Origin: Dehalococcoidia bacterium
Lineage (GTDB): Bacteria > Chloroflexota > Dehalococcoidia > UBA6926
Length of the DNA: 64,000 nt
NCBI GenBank assembly: GCA_965247995.1
Contig: OZ252041.1
Span: 811,912-875,911, forward strand
Direction: 5' to 3'
The position numbers and the translations under genes were made by a program. The notes under the pieces are model-generated. The model saw only the letters and a list, made by a program, of their open reading frames with translations. It ran no database searches and was not told where the DNA came from. This document shows, one piece after another, positions 56,401 through 64,000 of the stretch. How positions within the stretch are numbered: position 1 is the first letter of the stretch; every line of letters starts with the position of its first letter.

Positions 56401-56819
56401 GATTTCCATGTGCCGTGGTAGAGGCGTCGGCCAGATTCGACCCAACCCGGGAGATGAACGGAGGTCTGGGCGGCTAGGAACCGCGGGCTGGAACGAAAGT
56501 ACGCGCTGGAGACCGTAGCGGACGAACCGGAAAGGTCTTTACCGCCGGTGGTCCAGACCGGGAGGTCGTCCGCCTCGACAGTATCGAGGACGGCCACGGT
56601 GGCACGGAAGTACTCGACGGTGGCCTCCCACGCGCGGAACGATGCCCGTGCGATGGTGAGTCCGTCCGCGAGCCAGGCGTCGTAGGCGGAGTCGGAGAGT
56701 CGCCGTTGAGCGACGACGGAGGCGTCACGATAGGCCTGTCCAACGGCCGCCGGCAGGGCCCCGATCTGGTCGAGGAGCTCCTGGCGGGTGGGTTCGATCA
56801 GCGGGCGTTCTTCAACCAC
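53496..56819 (-). CDS. CbbO/NorD-family VWA protein
   Basis: TDGLSIFLP, HQAGH, YDEWDF..Y.P.WC, DGEEYDLD, MIDAS DMSAS, TRMGPAIRH, SDGRPQD. Confidence 0.88.
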   Translation of the reverse strand: MVEERPLIEPTRQELLDQIGALPAAVGQAYRDASVVAQRRLSDSAYDAWLADGLTIARASFRAWEATVEYFRATVAVLDTVEADDLPVWTTGGKDLSGSSATVSSAYFRSSPRFLAAQTSVHLPGWVESGRRLYHGTWKSGALAARFFELSPTLLDHVRLTDVTAFAAFLDQIAQHSSELAEECLNIAPECFSYVDGETIDSYLGLLNLTAEQGWKYAKETQRAAAVALPRIARAERGRFLDFAGAMAQQRGKRYLSLLAEGSRALDDLDVHLHHSTLDMFEVLLGLSQEAAVEFLRATPPVLQRVDAGALNRWYQEGVRILEQNDAAGIGFFKLESARGEAIIQELSATVNLEESATVLQMYARGLAGSEIQLRPTPDLARRTLGWAGEARPTTDGLSIFLPDEIALFDSKPDNFGWYKVLTTHQAGHIEFGSFQFSTSRPSSVFPATNRILARLAPVLTRPSPNGDDAEDKSEIPGLDAALSDFERFFDTFEERQLASDIFSAVEGSRVDFLIRSFYAGLRNAYDKVQMAAVHGRPAPQDLPLRQALVELLVRMTLLDSPSTIPVPMELHDTVQRVAGVLLRLRHIDSTVEDSTEATALIYKLLVDVPNLPPQDDFDWQEEDVGELGAGAPDPTAEISDADSSTVGGNQFVPGQGTEQDVPYEPPEEVDYRGDFKPELVQTLANLRKGGQKTDETTQAPPLTEEMIRQLLEKSAEIDLSNVVEGDIDDPSGLFVSSLMSEAIEGPDAEFHDEMGETGSGRKPQESENPLDDEPRTALYDEWDFQALDYKPRWCRIRETVIAEGSSDFYRQTIEQYASLINDVRRQFEMIMPETYRKEKHLPDGEEYDLDSVIEAIVERRSGTTPNEKVYWRRNKTERDVAVIFLLDMSASTAEAIEDKPADDDDEGEIPDDPRQYLFWLRARREQAKRSYRRIIDLEKESTVLLIRALETIGDTYGIYGFSGYGRENVEYYTIKALEEPMSDTIQRRIDGITPLHATRMGPAIRHGTAKLDEINARTKVLFLISDGRPQDRGYSREGAEKEYAVQDTHMALLEARSHGIIPFCLTVDRSGHDYMKEMCGDLPYEVLADINSLPERLPHLYRRLTV

Positions 56820-56839
56820 GGGACGAGGGAACCCGAGCG

Positions 56840-57733
56840 CTATTCGAAGATGCTGGTGATGATCTCATTGATGCTGCGCTGGACAGCGAGGTCATCAGTC
56901 AGGGCTTCGGCGATGGCGACGGAGCACGCGCGCCGCGGTTCGATGCCGCCGTTCATGAGGCGGGCAGCGTAGATGAGCAGCCGGGTGCTGACACCCTCCT
57001 GGAGACCGTGCTCCTTGAGATTGCGGACCTTCTCCGCCAGACGGGCAAGGGAGTCAGCACGATCGGTGTCGACGCCGCTCTCCCGGTGGACGATCGCTGC
57101 CTCCATGTCCTTATTGGGGTAGTTGAACTCCATGGCGATAAAGCGTTGGCGCGTGGATTGCTTGAGGTCTTTAAGCGCGCTCTGATAGCCGGGGTTGTAG
57201 GAGATGACGAGCAGGAAGCCGTCAGCAGCGGAGATGATTTGGCCACGCTTCTCAATGGGGAGCAAGCGCCGGTGGTCGGTGAGCGGGTGGATGAGGACGG
57301 TGGTGTCCTTGCGGGCCTCCACGACCTCGTCCAAGTAGCAGATCGCGCCGGTCTTGACGGCACGGGTGAGGGGTCCGTCGATCCACTTGGTCTCTTCACC
57401 TTCGAGGAGGTAGCGGCCGACGAGGTCGCTGGCAGTGAGGTCCTCATGGGCGGCGATGGTGACGAGGGGCTTGCCGGTTGGGGCATCGCCGTCGCTGCCG
57501 TTATTGGTCCCGTGGACCGAGGGGATGGGGCGACCGAGACGCCACGCCATGTACTCGATGAAGCGGGTCTTGCCGCAACCGGTGGGGCCTTTCAGGAGGA
57601 CCGGGATCTTCTGCTGGTAGGCAGCGGTGAAGACCTCGATCTCGTCGCGGACAGGGAGGTAGTACGGTTCCACATCGATGGTGTACTCCTCGATCTCGTA
57701 GCCGCGATAGGTTTCAACCTGTTCGGTAGTCAT
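56840..57733 (-). CDS. CbbQ/NirQ/NorQ-family AAA+ ATPase
   Basis: [56 protein letters not shown]. Confidence 0.95.
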   Translation of the reverse strand: MTTEQVETYRGYEIEEYTIDVEPYYLPVRDEIEVFTAAYQQKIPVLLKGPTGCGKTRFIEYMAWRLGRPIPSVHGTNNGSDGDAPTGKPLVTIAAHEDLTASDLVGRYLLEGEETKWIDGPLTRAVKTGAICYLDEVVEARKDTTVLIHPLTDHRRLLPIEKRGQIISAADGFLLVISYNPGYQSALKDLKQSTRQRFIAMEFNYPNKDMEAAIVHRESGVDTDRADSLARLAEKVRNLKEHGLQEGVSTRLLIYAARLMNGGIEPRRACSVAIAEALTDDLAVQRSINEIITSIFE

Positions 57734-57790
57734 GTGATGGACGCCTGCCTTTATATCTGGAAGGGACCGGTGCGCGAGCGAGATTCGGTT

Positions 57791-58408
57791 CTAGGAACCT
57801 GGTGGAGTCAGTGAATGGACCCGTGCGTGCCAAAGTTCTCGGACACGCTCGTGGACCTCCGGGATGGAGCGATTAGTGTCGATGACGACATCGGCGTGTT
57901 GCATCCGCTCCTGGTTGGTGATCTGTGCCCGGATGCGAGCGAGGGCTTGTTCTTCGGTCAAGTCGTTGCGGGCCTGGAGCCTACGGGAGGCTTCCTCCTC
58001 AGCGGTTGCGGTGACCCAGACCTCGTCGACGAGTGGCATCCAGTTGGCCTCGACGAGGACGGCTGCCTCGAGGACGGCGACATCCACAGCGTCCGTGCGG
58101 TAGGCGTCGAAGCGTTCGGCCACCATATCATAGATACGGGGCCAGACTATGTTGTTGAGCGTATGGAGGGCGGTGGGATCCCCGAAGACGATGCCGCCGA
58201 GCTTGCGCCGGTCGATGAACTTGGTATCCGGGTCAACGAGGTCGTCACCCCAGGTCTTAATGATCTCGTCGTAGGCAGGTTTACCGGGTTCGTAGGCCTC
58301 GTGCCCAACCAAGTCCGCATTGAGGACGGTCGCGCCGAGTTCCTGCATGGCTTCAGAGACGGTGCTCTTGCCGCTCGCGATCCCCCCCGTGAGTCCAATG
58401 GTGTGCAT
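57791..58408 (-). CDS. coaE: Dephospho-CoA kinase
   Basis: IGLTGGIASGKST, DRRKLG.IVF, ARIRAQ. Confidence 0.93.
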   Translation of the reverse strand: MHTIGLTGGIASGKSTVSEAMQELGATVLNADLVGHEAYEPGKPAYDEIIKTWGDDLVDPDTKFIDRRKLGGIVFGDPTALHTLNNIVWPRIYDMVAERFDAYRTDAVDVAVLEAAVLVEANWMPLVDEVWVTATAEEEASRRLQARNDLTEEQALARIRAQITNQERMQHADVVIDTNRSIPEVHERVRELWHARVHSLTPPGS

Positions 58409-58489
58409 GCTGTCTCCTCAATCGTTCGTGGCAGACGCCTATTATAGGTCGGACGTCGGGGCAGTCCCGGCCCCGTTCGAGGAAGGCTG

Positions 58490-59902
58490 ATGGCAGCAAC
58501 GGACACGACATCCGCATACCGGCAGCTGCCGAGCGTTGACCGGCTGCTGGCTGCGGCGCCGTTGACGACGCTTGCGGGTTCAGCGGGACCGGCGCTCGTG
58601 ACAGAGATGGCGCGGGACGCACTCGACGACGCGCGGCGCGCGATTGCGGGCGGCGCGGGTGCGCCGAGTCAGGATGCGTTGATCGAGGACGTTTCGCACC
58701 GGGTGGAGCAGGTCGTTGCGCCGCGTCCGCGACGGGTGATCAACGCGGCGGGGGTGGTGATCCACACGAACCTGGGCCGTGCGCCGCTGAGCCACGCCGC
58801 TCGCGAGGCGGCGGTGGCGGTGAGCGCGGGGTATTCGGACCTCGAGTACGACCTGGAGCGCGGCGAACGCGGTTCACGTCACACGCACCCAGAGTCATTG
58901 CTGCAACTGCTGACCGGCGCGGAGGCGGCGGTCGCCGTGAACAACAACGCGTCGGCGGTGCTGCTGGCCCTGGCGGCACTGGCGGGGGATGGCCGAGAGG
59001 TCATCGTTTCGCGTGGCGAGTCGATCGAGATCGGGGGACGGTTCCGGATCCCGGACGTGCTGGTGCAGAGCGGCGCGCGGCTGGTCGAGGTAGGGACGAC
59101 GAACCGGACGTATGTGGACGACTATGCAGAGGCGTTAACAGCGGAGACGGCGGCGATACTCCGGGTGCACCGGAGCAACTTCGCGCAGGTGGGGTTCACC
59201 GAGACGCCGGCGGCGCAGGACTTGGCGTCCCTCGCCCACGAGCGAGGAGTATTGCTGCTAAACGATTTGGGGTCAGGCGCCTTCCTGGAGACGGCACGGT
59301 ACGGGCTGGCGCCGGAGCCAACGGTATCGGACGCGCTTTCGGACGGATCGGACTTAGCGTTGTTCTCGGGGGACAAGCTACTCGGCGGGCCGCAGGCGGG
59401 TATCGCGGTGGGCCGGAAGGACCTGGTCGACCGACTGAAGCAACACCCGTTGGCGCGGGCGGTGCGGATCGACAAGATGGACCTGGCGGCACTGACGGCG
59501 ACGCTCAATTCTTATGTGCGGGGCAAGGCCGAGGAAGAGATCCCGGTGTGGCGGATGATCTCGGCAACCGCCGAGGAGCTCGGGACGCGAGCGCAGGGTT
59601 GGATTGCGGCGATCGGGGTCGAGGGGTTGGAAGTCATGGATACGACATCGGCGATTGGCGGAGGGAGCCTGCCCGGCGAGACGCTGCCGACGCGTGCGTT
59701 GTCCATTCGGGCTTCGGCGTGCGGCGAGGGCGGGCCGGAGGGTTTCGCGGGCCGGCTGCGGCGAGCGTCGATGCCGGTGGTGGCGCGGATCGCGGACGAC
59801 CGGGTCGTCTTGGACCCGCGGACGGTGATGCCGGACGAGGACGGGGACTTGGTGGCATCGTTACGGGAGGCGTTGGGATTATCTTCCGGCCCGCGAGGTT
59901 AG
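58490..59902 (+). CDS. selA: L-seryl-tRNA(Sec) selenium transferase
   Basis: VINAAGVVIHTNLGRAPL, VNNNA, EVGTTNRT, DLGSG, FSGDKLLGGPQAG. Confidence 0.95.
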   Translation: MAATDTTSAYRQLPSVDRLLAAAPLTTLAGSAGPALVTEMARDALDDARRAIAGGAGAPSQDALIEDVSHRVEQVVAPRPRRVINAAGVVIHTNLGRAPLSHAAREAAVAVSAGYSDLEYDLERGERGSRHTHPESLLQLLTGAEAAVAVNNNASAVLLALAALAGDGREVIVSRGESIEIGGRFRIPDVLVQSGARLVEVGTTNRTYVDDYAEALTAETAAILRVHRSNFAQVGFTETPAAQDLASLAHERGVLLLNDLGSGAFLETARYGLAPEPTVSDALSDGSDLALFSGDKLLGGPQAGIAVGRKDLVDRLKQHPLARAVRIDKMDLAALTATLNSYVRGKAEEEIPVWRMISATAEELGTRAQGWIAAIGVEGLEVMDTTSAIGGGSLPGETLPTRALSIRASACGEGGPEGFAGRLRRASMPVVARIADDRVVLDPRTVMPDEDGDLVASLREALGLSSGPRG

Positions 59903-59966
59903 GCGATTCCGGGCGTTTGGATGCACACGTCGTGATGTGTGACAGCCGGCGAGCCGAACTCGGGCG

Positions 59967-60437
59967 GTGAACGCAGGGGCGATAGCCGGTTCGGTGGCGG
60001 CAGTGGTGGCGGCGTTGTTGTCGTTGCCGTTGCGTTCTCCGGACGACATTCTGCTGAACAGCGGGTCAGTGACTGTGGGCGCTCTATTGGCGGGAGCGAC
60101 GGCGGGTATGTTGTGGCGCGTCGTGCGCGGCAGCCAGCGGCGGGTCTTGGTGTTCAGCGTCGTTTGGGCGGCCGGCTTCCTTCTGGTTGTCGCGGGGTCG
60201 TGGGCAGGCGAGCGGTGGTTGGACCACCTGTTGCGTTTTGCTCTGCCGTTGGCGACCGTCGTGTTCGTGATCAGCGGCGTGTTGACGGTCTGGCTCGATG
60301 GGACATCTCTCTCGCGGTCGTGGCGGTTGCTTGCCGTGTCGGTCGTCGTAGCACTCGCGGTGGGGATCGGATTGGCCGGACAAGGTGACGAAAAGAGCGG
60401 CCGGTTGGAGCTGCCGCCGCGCACGGGACAGGCCTGA
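59967..60437 (+). CDS. Hypothetical membrane protein
   Basis: 5 TM segments, SPDDILLNS motif; directly upstream of the YceI gene. Confidence 0.65.
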   Translation: MNAGAIAGSVAAVVAALLSLPLRSPDDILLNSGSVTVGALLAGATAGMLWRVVRGSQRRVLVFSVVWAAGFLLVVAGSWAGERWLDHLLRFALPLATVVFVISGVLTVWLDGTSLSRSWRLLAVSVVVALAVGIGLAGQGDEKSGRLELPPRTGQA

Positions 60438-60487
60438 GCCGCGACGCGTAGACCTTCAAAATGTGAACAGGGATAGGGGGAACGGCA

Positions 60488-61198
60488 ATGGAGACAACGA
60501 ACCGAACAGGTTGGGGTGCGATTCGGGCTTTGGCCCTTGCGCTCGCGGTGATGGCGGCAGCGGTGTTGGTATCCGGCGCGTGCAGCGGAGGAACCGGCGA
60601 CACGGAGGAGTCAACGGCTGATGCGTCACCGACGTCGGAAGGGGCTGTGGCGACCGAAGCACCGACGGCGGCGCGGGGCGTGAAGGGCGTGACGTTCGTC
60701 GTGGGGGAGGGGTCGGAGGCGACGTTCACTGTCGAAGAGAAGTTGGCCAGCTTGTCGCTACCGAACGACGCGGTCATGCGGACGACAGGACTCTCGGGCG
60801 AGGTGCACCTGGACGGCCGACCGTCGGTGATCACGATCGACCTGCAGTCGATGGTGAGCGATCAACCGAGGCGGGACCAATTCGTGCGCGGCCAGATGTT
60901 CCCGAACGATCCGGCTGCAACGTTTACGTTGGACGACACGGGTCCCCTACCCGACGGTTTCCTGGAGGGCGACGATGTGACGACGCAGATCACGGGACGG
61001 TTGGCGATCCTGGGCGCTGAGGCGCCGGTGGCGTTCGAGATCGAGGCGCGTCACGACGGGGACGTGGTGTTCATTGTGGGGCGCACGATGTTCGAGTGGG
61101 CGGAGTTCGGGATGACGGCGCCGAACCTGCGTTTCGTGCAGGTGACGGACGAGGTGCACACCGAGGTGCTGCTGGCGGTTAGGCCGGCGAGTTCGTAG
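60488..61198 (+). CDS. YceI-family lipoprotein
   Basis: Lipobox SGAC; SEATF.V.E, IDLQSM.SD..RRD, P.ATF, FGMTAP. Confidence 0.82.
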   Translation: METTNRTGWGAIRALALALAVMAAAVLVSGACSGGTGDTEESTADASPTSEGAVATEAPTAARGVKGVTFVVGEGSEATFTVEEKLASLSLPNDAVMRTTGLSGEVHLDGRPSVITIDLQSMVSDQPRRDQFVRGQMFPNDPAATFTLDDTGPLPDGFLEGDDVTTQITGRLAILGAEAPVAFEIEARHDGDVVFIVGRTMFEWAEFGMTAPNLRFVQVTDEVHTEVLLAVRPASS

Positions 61199-61257
61199 CG
61201 AGGCGGGTCCCACTCCGCATCTGATGTGATGCGATGTCGGGGTTGACGCGGGGGTCG

Positions 61258-63042
61258 TTACTCGCCGGCCGGCTCGTCGCGGAGCGTTAGGACCATCGTG
61301 GAGCGGACCGCGTCGTCCGTGGTTGAACTGGCCATGAGGAAAGCGCTGAAGGGCTCGATGAACGGCCGGGCGTCGCGGTTGTAGTCCTCCAGGGTCCCGT
61401 CGTCGAGGGCGTCTTCGACCATCGCGGCGATACCGGCAATGTCTACGAAGACGACCGAGTGGAGCGGCCCGGAGAGCAAGTTGGTCATCCGGGCGAATTC
61501 CGAAGCCGAACTGAGGGGAGTCGCCGTTCCGGATACGGTTTCGTGGAACGCTTCCAGGCTCTCGAGGGTGGTCCCGACGGTCACCCAATCCTCGGCGATG
61601 ATGTAGCCAGGTTCCAGTCCGATGAAATCTCGGGGCTGAGCCGGCCTCGCGGACACTATTTCGTAATCTCCGAGCGAGCTCCGGTCGATGTCGAACCCAA
61701 GCACCCCGAGGAGAACCATGAGGCCGCCGAGGGCACGTTCGATGGCCTCGGTTTCGGCAGCGCCGACCAGCAGCAGGGCGTTGATGCTCGGAGTAGGCGG
61801 TCCGTCTTCGGAATCTCCACCAAAGAAGACTCCTTCGAGGTCGCTGGGAAGCACCGCGACGGCGATCTCACCGGTCAGGGATTCGATGATGTCGTCGATC
61901 TCAATGCCGATCTGTTCGTCGAAGCCTTCCAGCAACTGGTCGATCTCACCGAGGCCGGCGAACGACTGGTCAAACTCGTCCCAGATCTCGCCGATTCCCC
62001 TCGTAGCAAACAGGAGCAGCGTGTCCTCCGGCAGGACGCCGAGTGACTTCAGTCCACCGTCGTCATCGAGGACGAAGGTCTCCGAAGGGTCCGGCGCGAC
62101 GAGATCGACGCGTACGCCATGGCTGATGAACGATGCGGATGCAGCAACGTAATCCCCCACGCCGGCGTCGACGTCGCCGAGCACGCCGAGTTGATCGCCG
62201 AGGGGGTCTGTGAGAACGGCGAGAGCGTCCACGATGGGGCCAGTCCGGGCGAACGCGAACATGACCCGTTCTCTCGGAACGGACTGACGGGCGGCGATGA
62301 AGACTTCGTCGCCGGCGAGCGGTCTCGCGGGGGGCGACTCCAGGTTGCGGACCATGTCCCGGACCGTATCCTCGTCACCCGAGACGATGAGGTAATGATC
62401 GGTGAGGCCGAGCGCGCTGGACCCATCCTCGGCGATCCAAATGTCTGCCCCGCGGGCGGCGCCGGTCTCGAATACCGTATCGTCCTCGTTCTCGTAGAAC
62501 GCGAGAAGGTCTTCGACGAAGTCGAGCGCGGCGGCGTGGTCTCGGACGTGGGCCAGCAACACCCAATCGGGCTGATCTGAATCGATATCGAGGAGCGTCC
62601 AGGAGATTTCGTCACCGAGCCACGGCAGGACGTCGTCGCGAAAGTGGACTCCGATCCCGTCGTCGATCTCGTCGAAAGCCTGGTCCCGTGCTTCTTCGAA
62701 GGCATCGGTGGCGAAGACTCCGTTCCTGAGCCTCATCTGTTCGATGCCGGGGCGGAGATTAATCGAAACGTAGACGGCGGCATCCGAAGGGATGAAGCGT
62801 GCGGTCGTCTCGCCAGGCTGGCTGGCGTTGTGGACGAAGAGAAAGGCGGCGACGACGACGGCAGCCATGGCGATCGCGGGGATCGCCGCGGCGGCGACGA
62901 GGAGTCTTTTCTTGGTGACGTTGGCTCGTACTTGTTGCACGTTGTCCACTGTACTGGTCGGGGGGGGTATGAGGCGGCGGTGGGAACCGTCTTCACGGGA
63001 TACGGCAGTGAGGCTCGTGCCGTCCCCCTGGCCGCTATTCAT
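61258..63042 (-). CDS. DUF3352-like membrane-anchored protein
   Basis: TM anchor, ARFIPSDA, DVLPWLGDEI, repeated halves; start uncertain (GTG 62940 possible). Confidence 0.7.
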   Translation of the reverse strand: MNSGQGDGTSLTAVSREDGSHRRLIPPPTSTVDNVQQVRANVTKKRLLVAAAAIPAIAMAAVVVAAFLFVHNASQPGETTARFIPSDAAVYVSINLRPGIEQMRLRNGVFATDAFEEARDQAFDEIDDGIGVHFRDDVLPWLGDEISWTLLDIDSDQPDWVLLAHVRDHAAALDFVEDLLAFYENEDDTVFETGAARGADIWIAEDGSSALGLTDHYLIVSGDEDTVRDMVRNLESPPARPLAGDEVFIAARQSVPRERVMFAFARTGPIVDALAVLTDPLGDQLGVLGDVDAGVGDYVAASASFISHGVRVDLVAPDPSETFVLDDDGGLKSLGVLPEDTLLLFATRGIGEIWDEFDQSFAGLGEIDQLLEGFDEQIGIEIDDIIESLTGEIAVAVLPSDLEGVFFGGDSEDGPPTPSINALLLVGAAETEAIERALGGLMVLLGVLGFDIDRSSLGDYEIVSARPAQPRDFIGLEPGYIIAEDWVTVGTTLESLEAFHETVSGTATPLSSASEFARMTNLLSGPLHSVVFVDIAGIAAMVEDALDDGTLEDYNRDARPFIEPFSAFLMASSTTDDAVRSTMVLTLRDEPAGE

Positions 63043-63152
63043 ACTTCCGGCCCAAACCTTTGCTAAGGACGGTGGTTATTCCGACTTGCTTGATACTGGT
63101 GTCGAGTCTGAGTCGTGGCGCAATCACGCGATTTCCGGGGGCGGCGGATGTT

Positions 63153-63707
63153 TCAGGCAGGGTCCTGCGGCTTTAGGGAAGCGAGCCACTGGCAGGTGGC
63201 GCGGGGTGAGCGGATGTGGACGAGGTGGAGGTGGGCGTTTTGGGGTTGTTGGAGCGCTGTACGGATGGTGCGGCGGCGTTGCCAATAGGTCTGGAGGAGC
63301 CACAGGAACAGGGAGTCCTTGGTGAAGAAGTGGCGGGCGAGCGGCTCGCGGTTGCCGTTCCAGAGCCGTTCGCGGGTGACGAGCCGGCGCACGGTGCGCC
63401 GGAAGAGGCGCCAGGCAACGACTTTGAACGAAAGGTCGAGCCAAACTAGTGTGGTTGCCCTGGGCCACACGATGTCTTGGACAGCGGAGTAGTTACCGTC
63501 GACGACCCACGCGTCTCCGGACACCGCGTCCTCGACCCGGCGGCGAAGGGTTTCGGGCTCGGCCCGGGTCCAGTCCGGTCCCCAGTGCAAGGCATCCAAT
63601 TCGACTTGAGGGATGCCGAGTGCGCGGGCGAGGTGTTGCGCGGTGGTGGTCTTGCCGGACCCGGTCGATCCGACGACGACGAACCGCCGCGGTTGGTCGT
63701 TAGGCAC
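63153..63707 (-). CDS. Adenylate kinase-like / FlaR family P-loop protein
   Basis: VVGSTGSGKTT, ELDALHW.P.W, WVVDGNY, LVWLD, ERLWNGNRE. Confidence 0.85.
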   Translation of the reverse strand: MPNDQPRRFVVVGSTGSGKTTTAQHLARALGIPQVELDALHWGPDWTRAEPETLRRRVEDAVSGDAWVVDGNYSAVQDIVWPRATTLVWLDLSFKVVAWRLFRRTVRRLVTRERLWNGNREPLARHFFTKDSLFLWLLQTYWQRRRTIRTALQQPQNAHLHLVHIRSPRATCQWLASLKPQDPA

Positions 63708-63721
63708 CGGACGGCGTGCGG

Positions 63722-64000
63722 TTACCGGGGGAGGTCGAGTCCTCGCTGGGCAATGATGTTGCGCTGGACCTCGTCGGTGCCTCCACCGATGGCGAGTCCG
63801 CGGATGAGCCATGCGTTGACGCCGAGGAAGCCACCGAGGGGTGCGCGGCTGGTCGAACGCGGGACGTAGAGGGCGTCGTCCGTCATGAGCCCGGCGAGTT
63901 TGTTGTAGACGGTGAACCCGACCTCGTCGCCCATGAGCTTGACCATGGAGGCCTCTTTGTCCGGGACCATGCCTTGGGTCTGCATCCAGGCGACGCGGTA
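63722..64000 (-). CDS. Acyl-CoA dehydrogenase (C-terminal part; starts outside the window)
   Basis: EASMVKL and IGGGTDEVQRNIIAQRGLDLPR. Confidence 0.88.
   Translation of the reverse strand, partial: YRVAWMQTQGMVPDKEASMVKLMGDEVGFTVYNKLAGLMTDDALYVPRSTSRAPLGGFLGVNAWLIRGLAIGGGTDEVQRNIIAQRGLDLPR

Noticed and set aside
53496-57733. Calvin cycle or denitrification inferred from CbbQ/O
   Set aside because: No rbcL/S or norCB genes are in the window, so the function cannot be assigned.

Overview
This is a GC-rich bacterial chromosomal segment. The gene styles and a perfect CGAAC-N4-GTTCG LexA box point to Chloroflexota (Dehalococcoidia/SAR202-like), which is an inference. The backbone is housekeeping genes: dnaX, ybeY, tlyA, cmk, lexA, gltA, lysS, greA, coaE and selA. 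Interspersed are transporters (orphan TauA-like SBP, ABC-2 exporter, two tandem dppB, MIP, TauE, VIT1), lipoproteins, a GrdE/GrdI-like reductase subunit, a CbbQ/CbbO (MoxR/VWA) pair and decayed toxin-antitoxin loci. Two features stand out. (1) At 50435-52642 there is an isolated three-gene module: a Cys4+HTH regulator, a TerS-like protein and an intact terminase large subunit. It has no portal, capsid or integrase nearby, and its sigma70-type promoter has a LexA-like operator in the spacer. It is a candidate domesticated, SOS-inducible DNA-packaging (GTA-like) module. (2) At 19296-22404 there is an eroded ~3 kb integrative island bounded by a 75-bp duplication of the 3' end of a VWA gene, in which all four mismatches are synonymous. 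No rRNA, tRNA or CRISPR array was recognised. All calls come from reading motifs by eye; no database searches were run.
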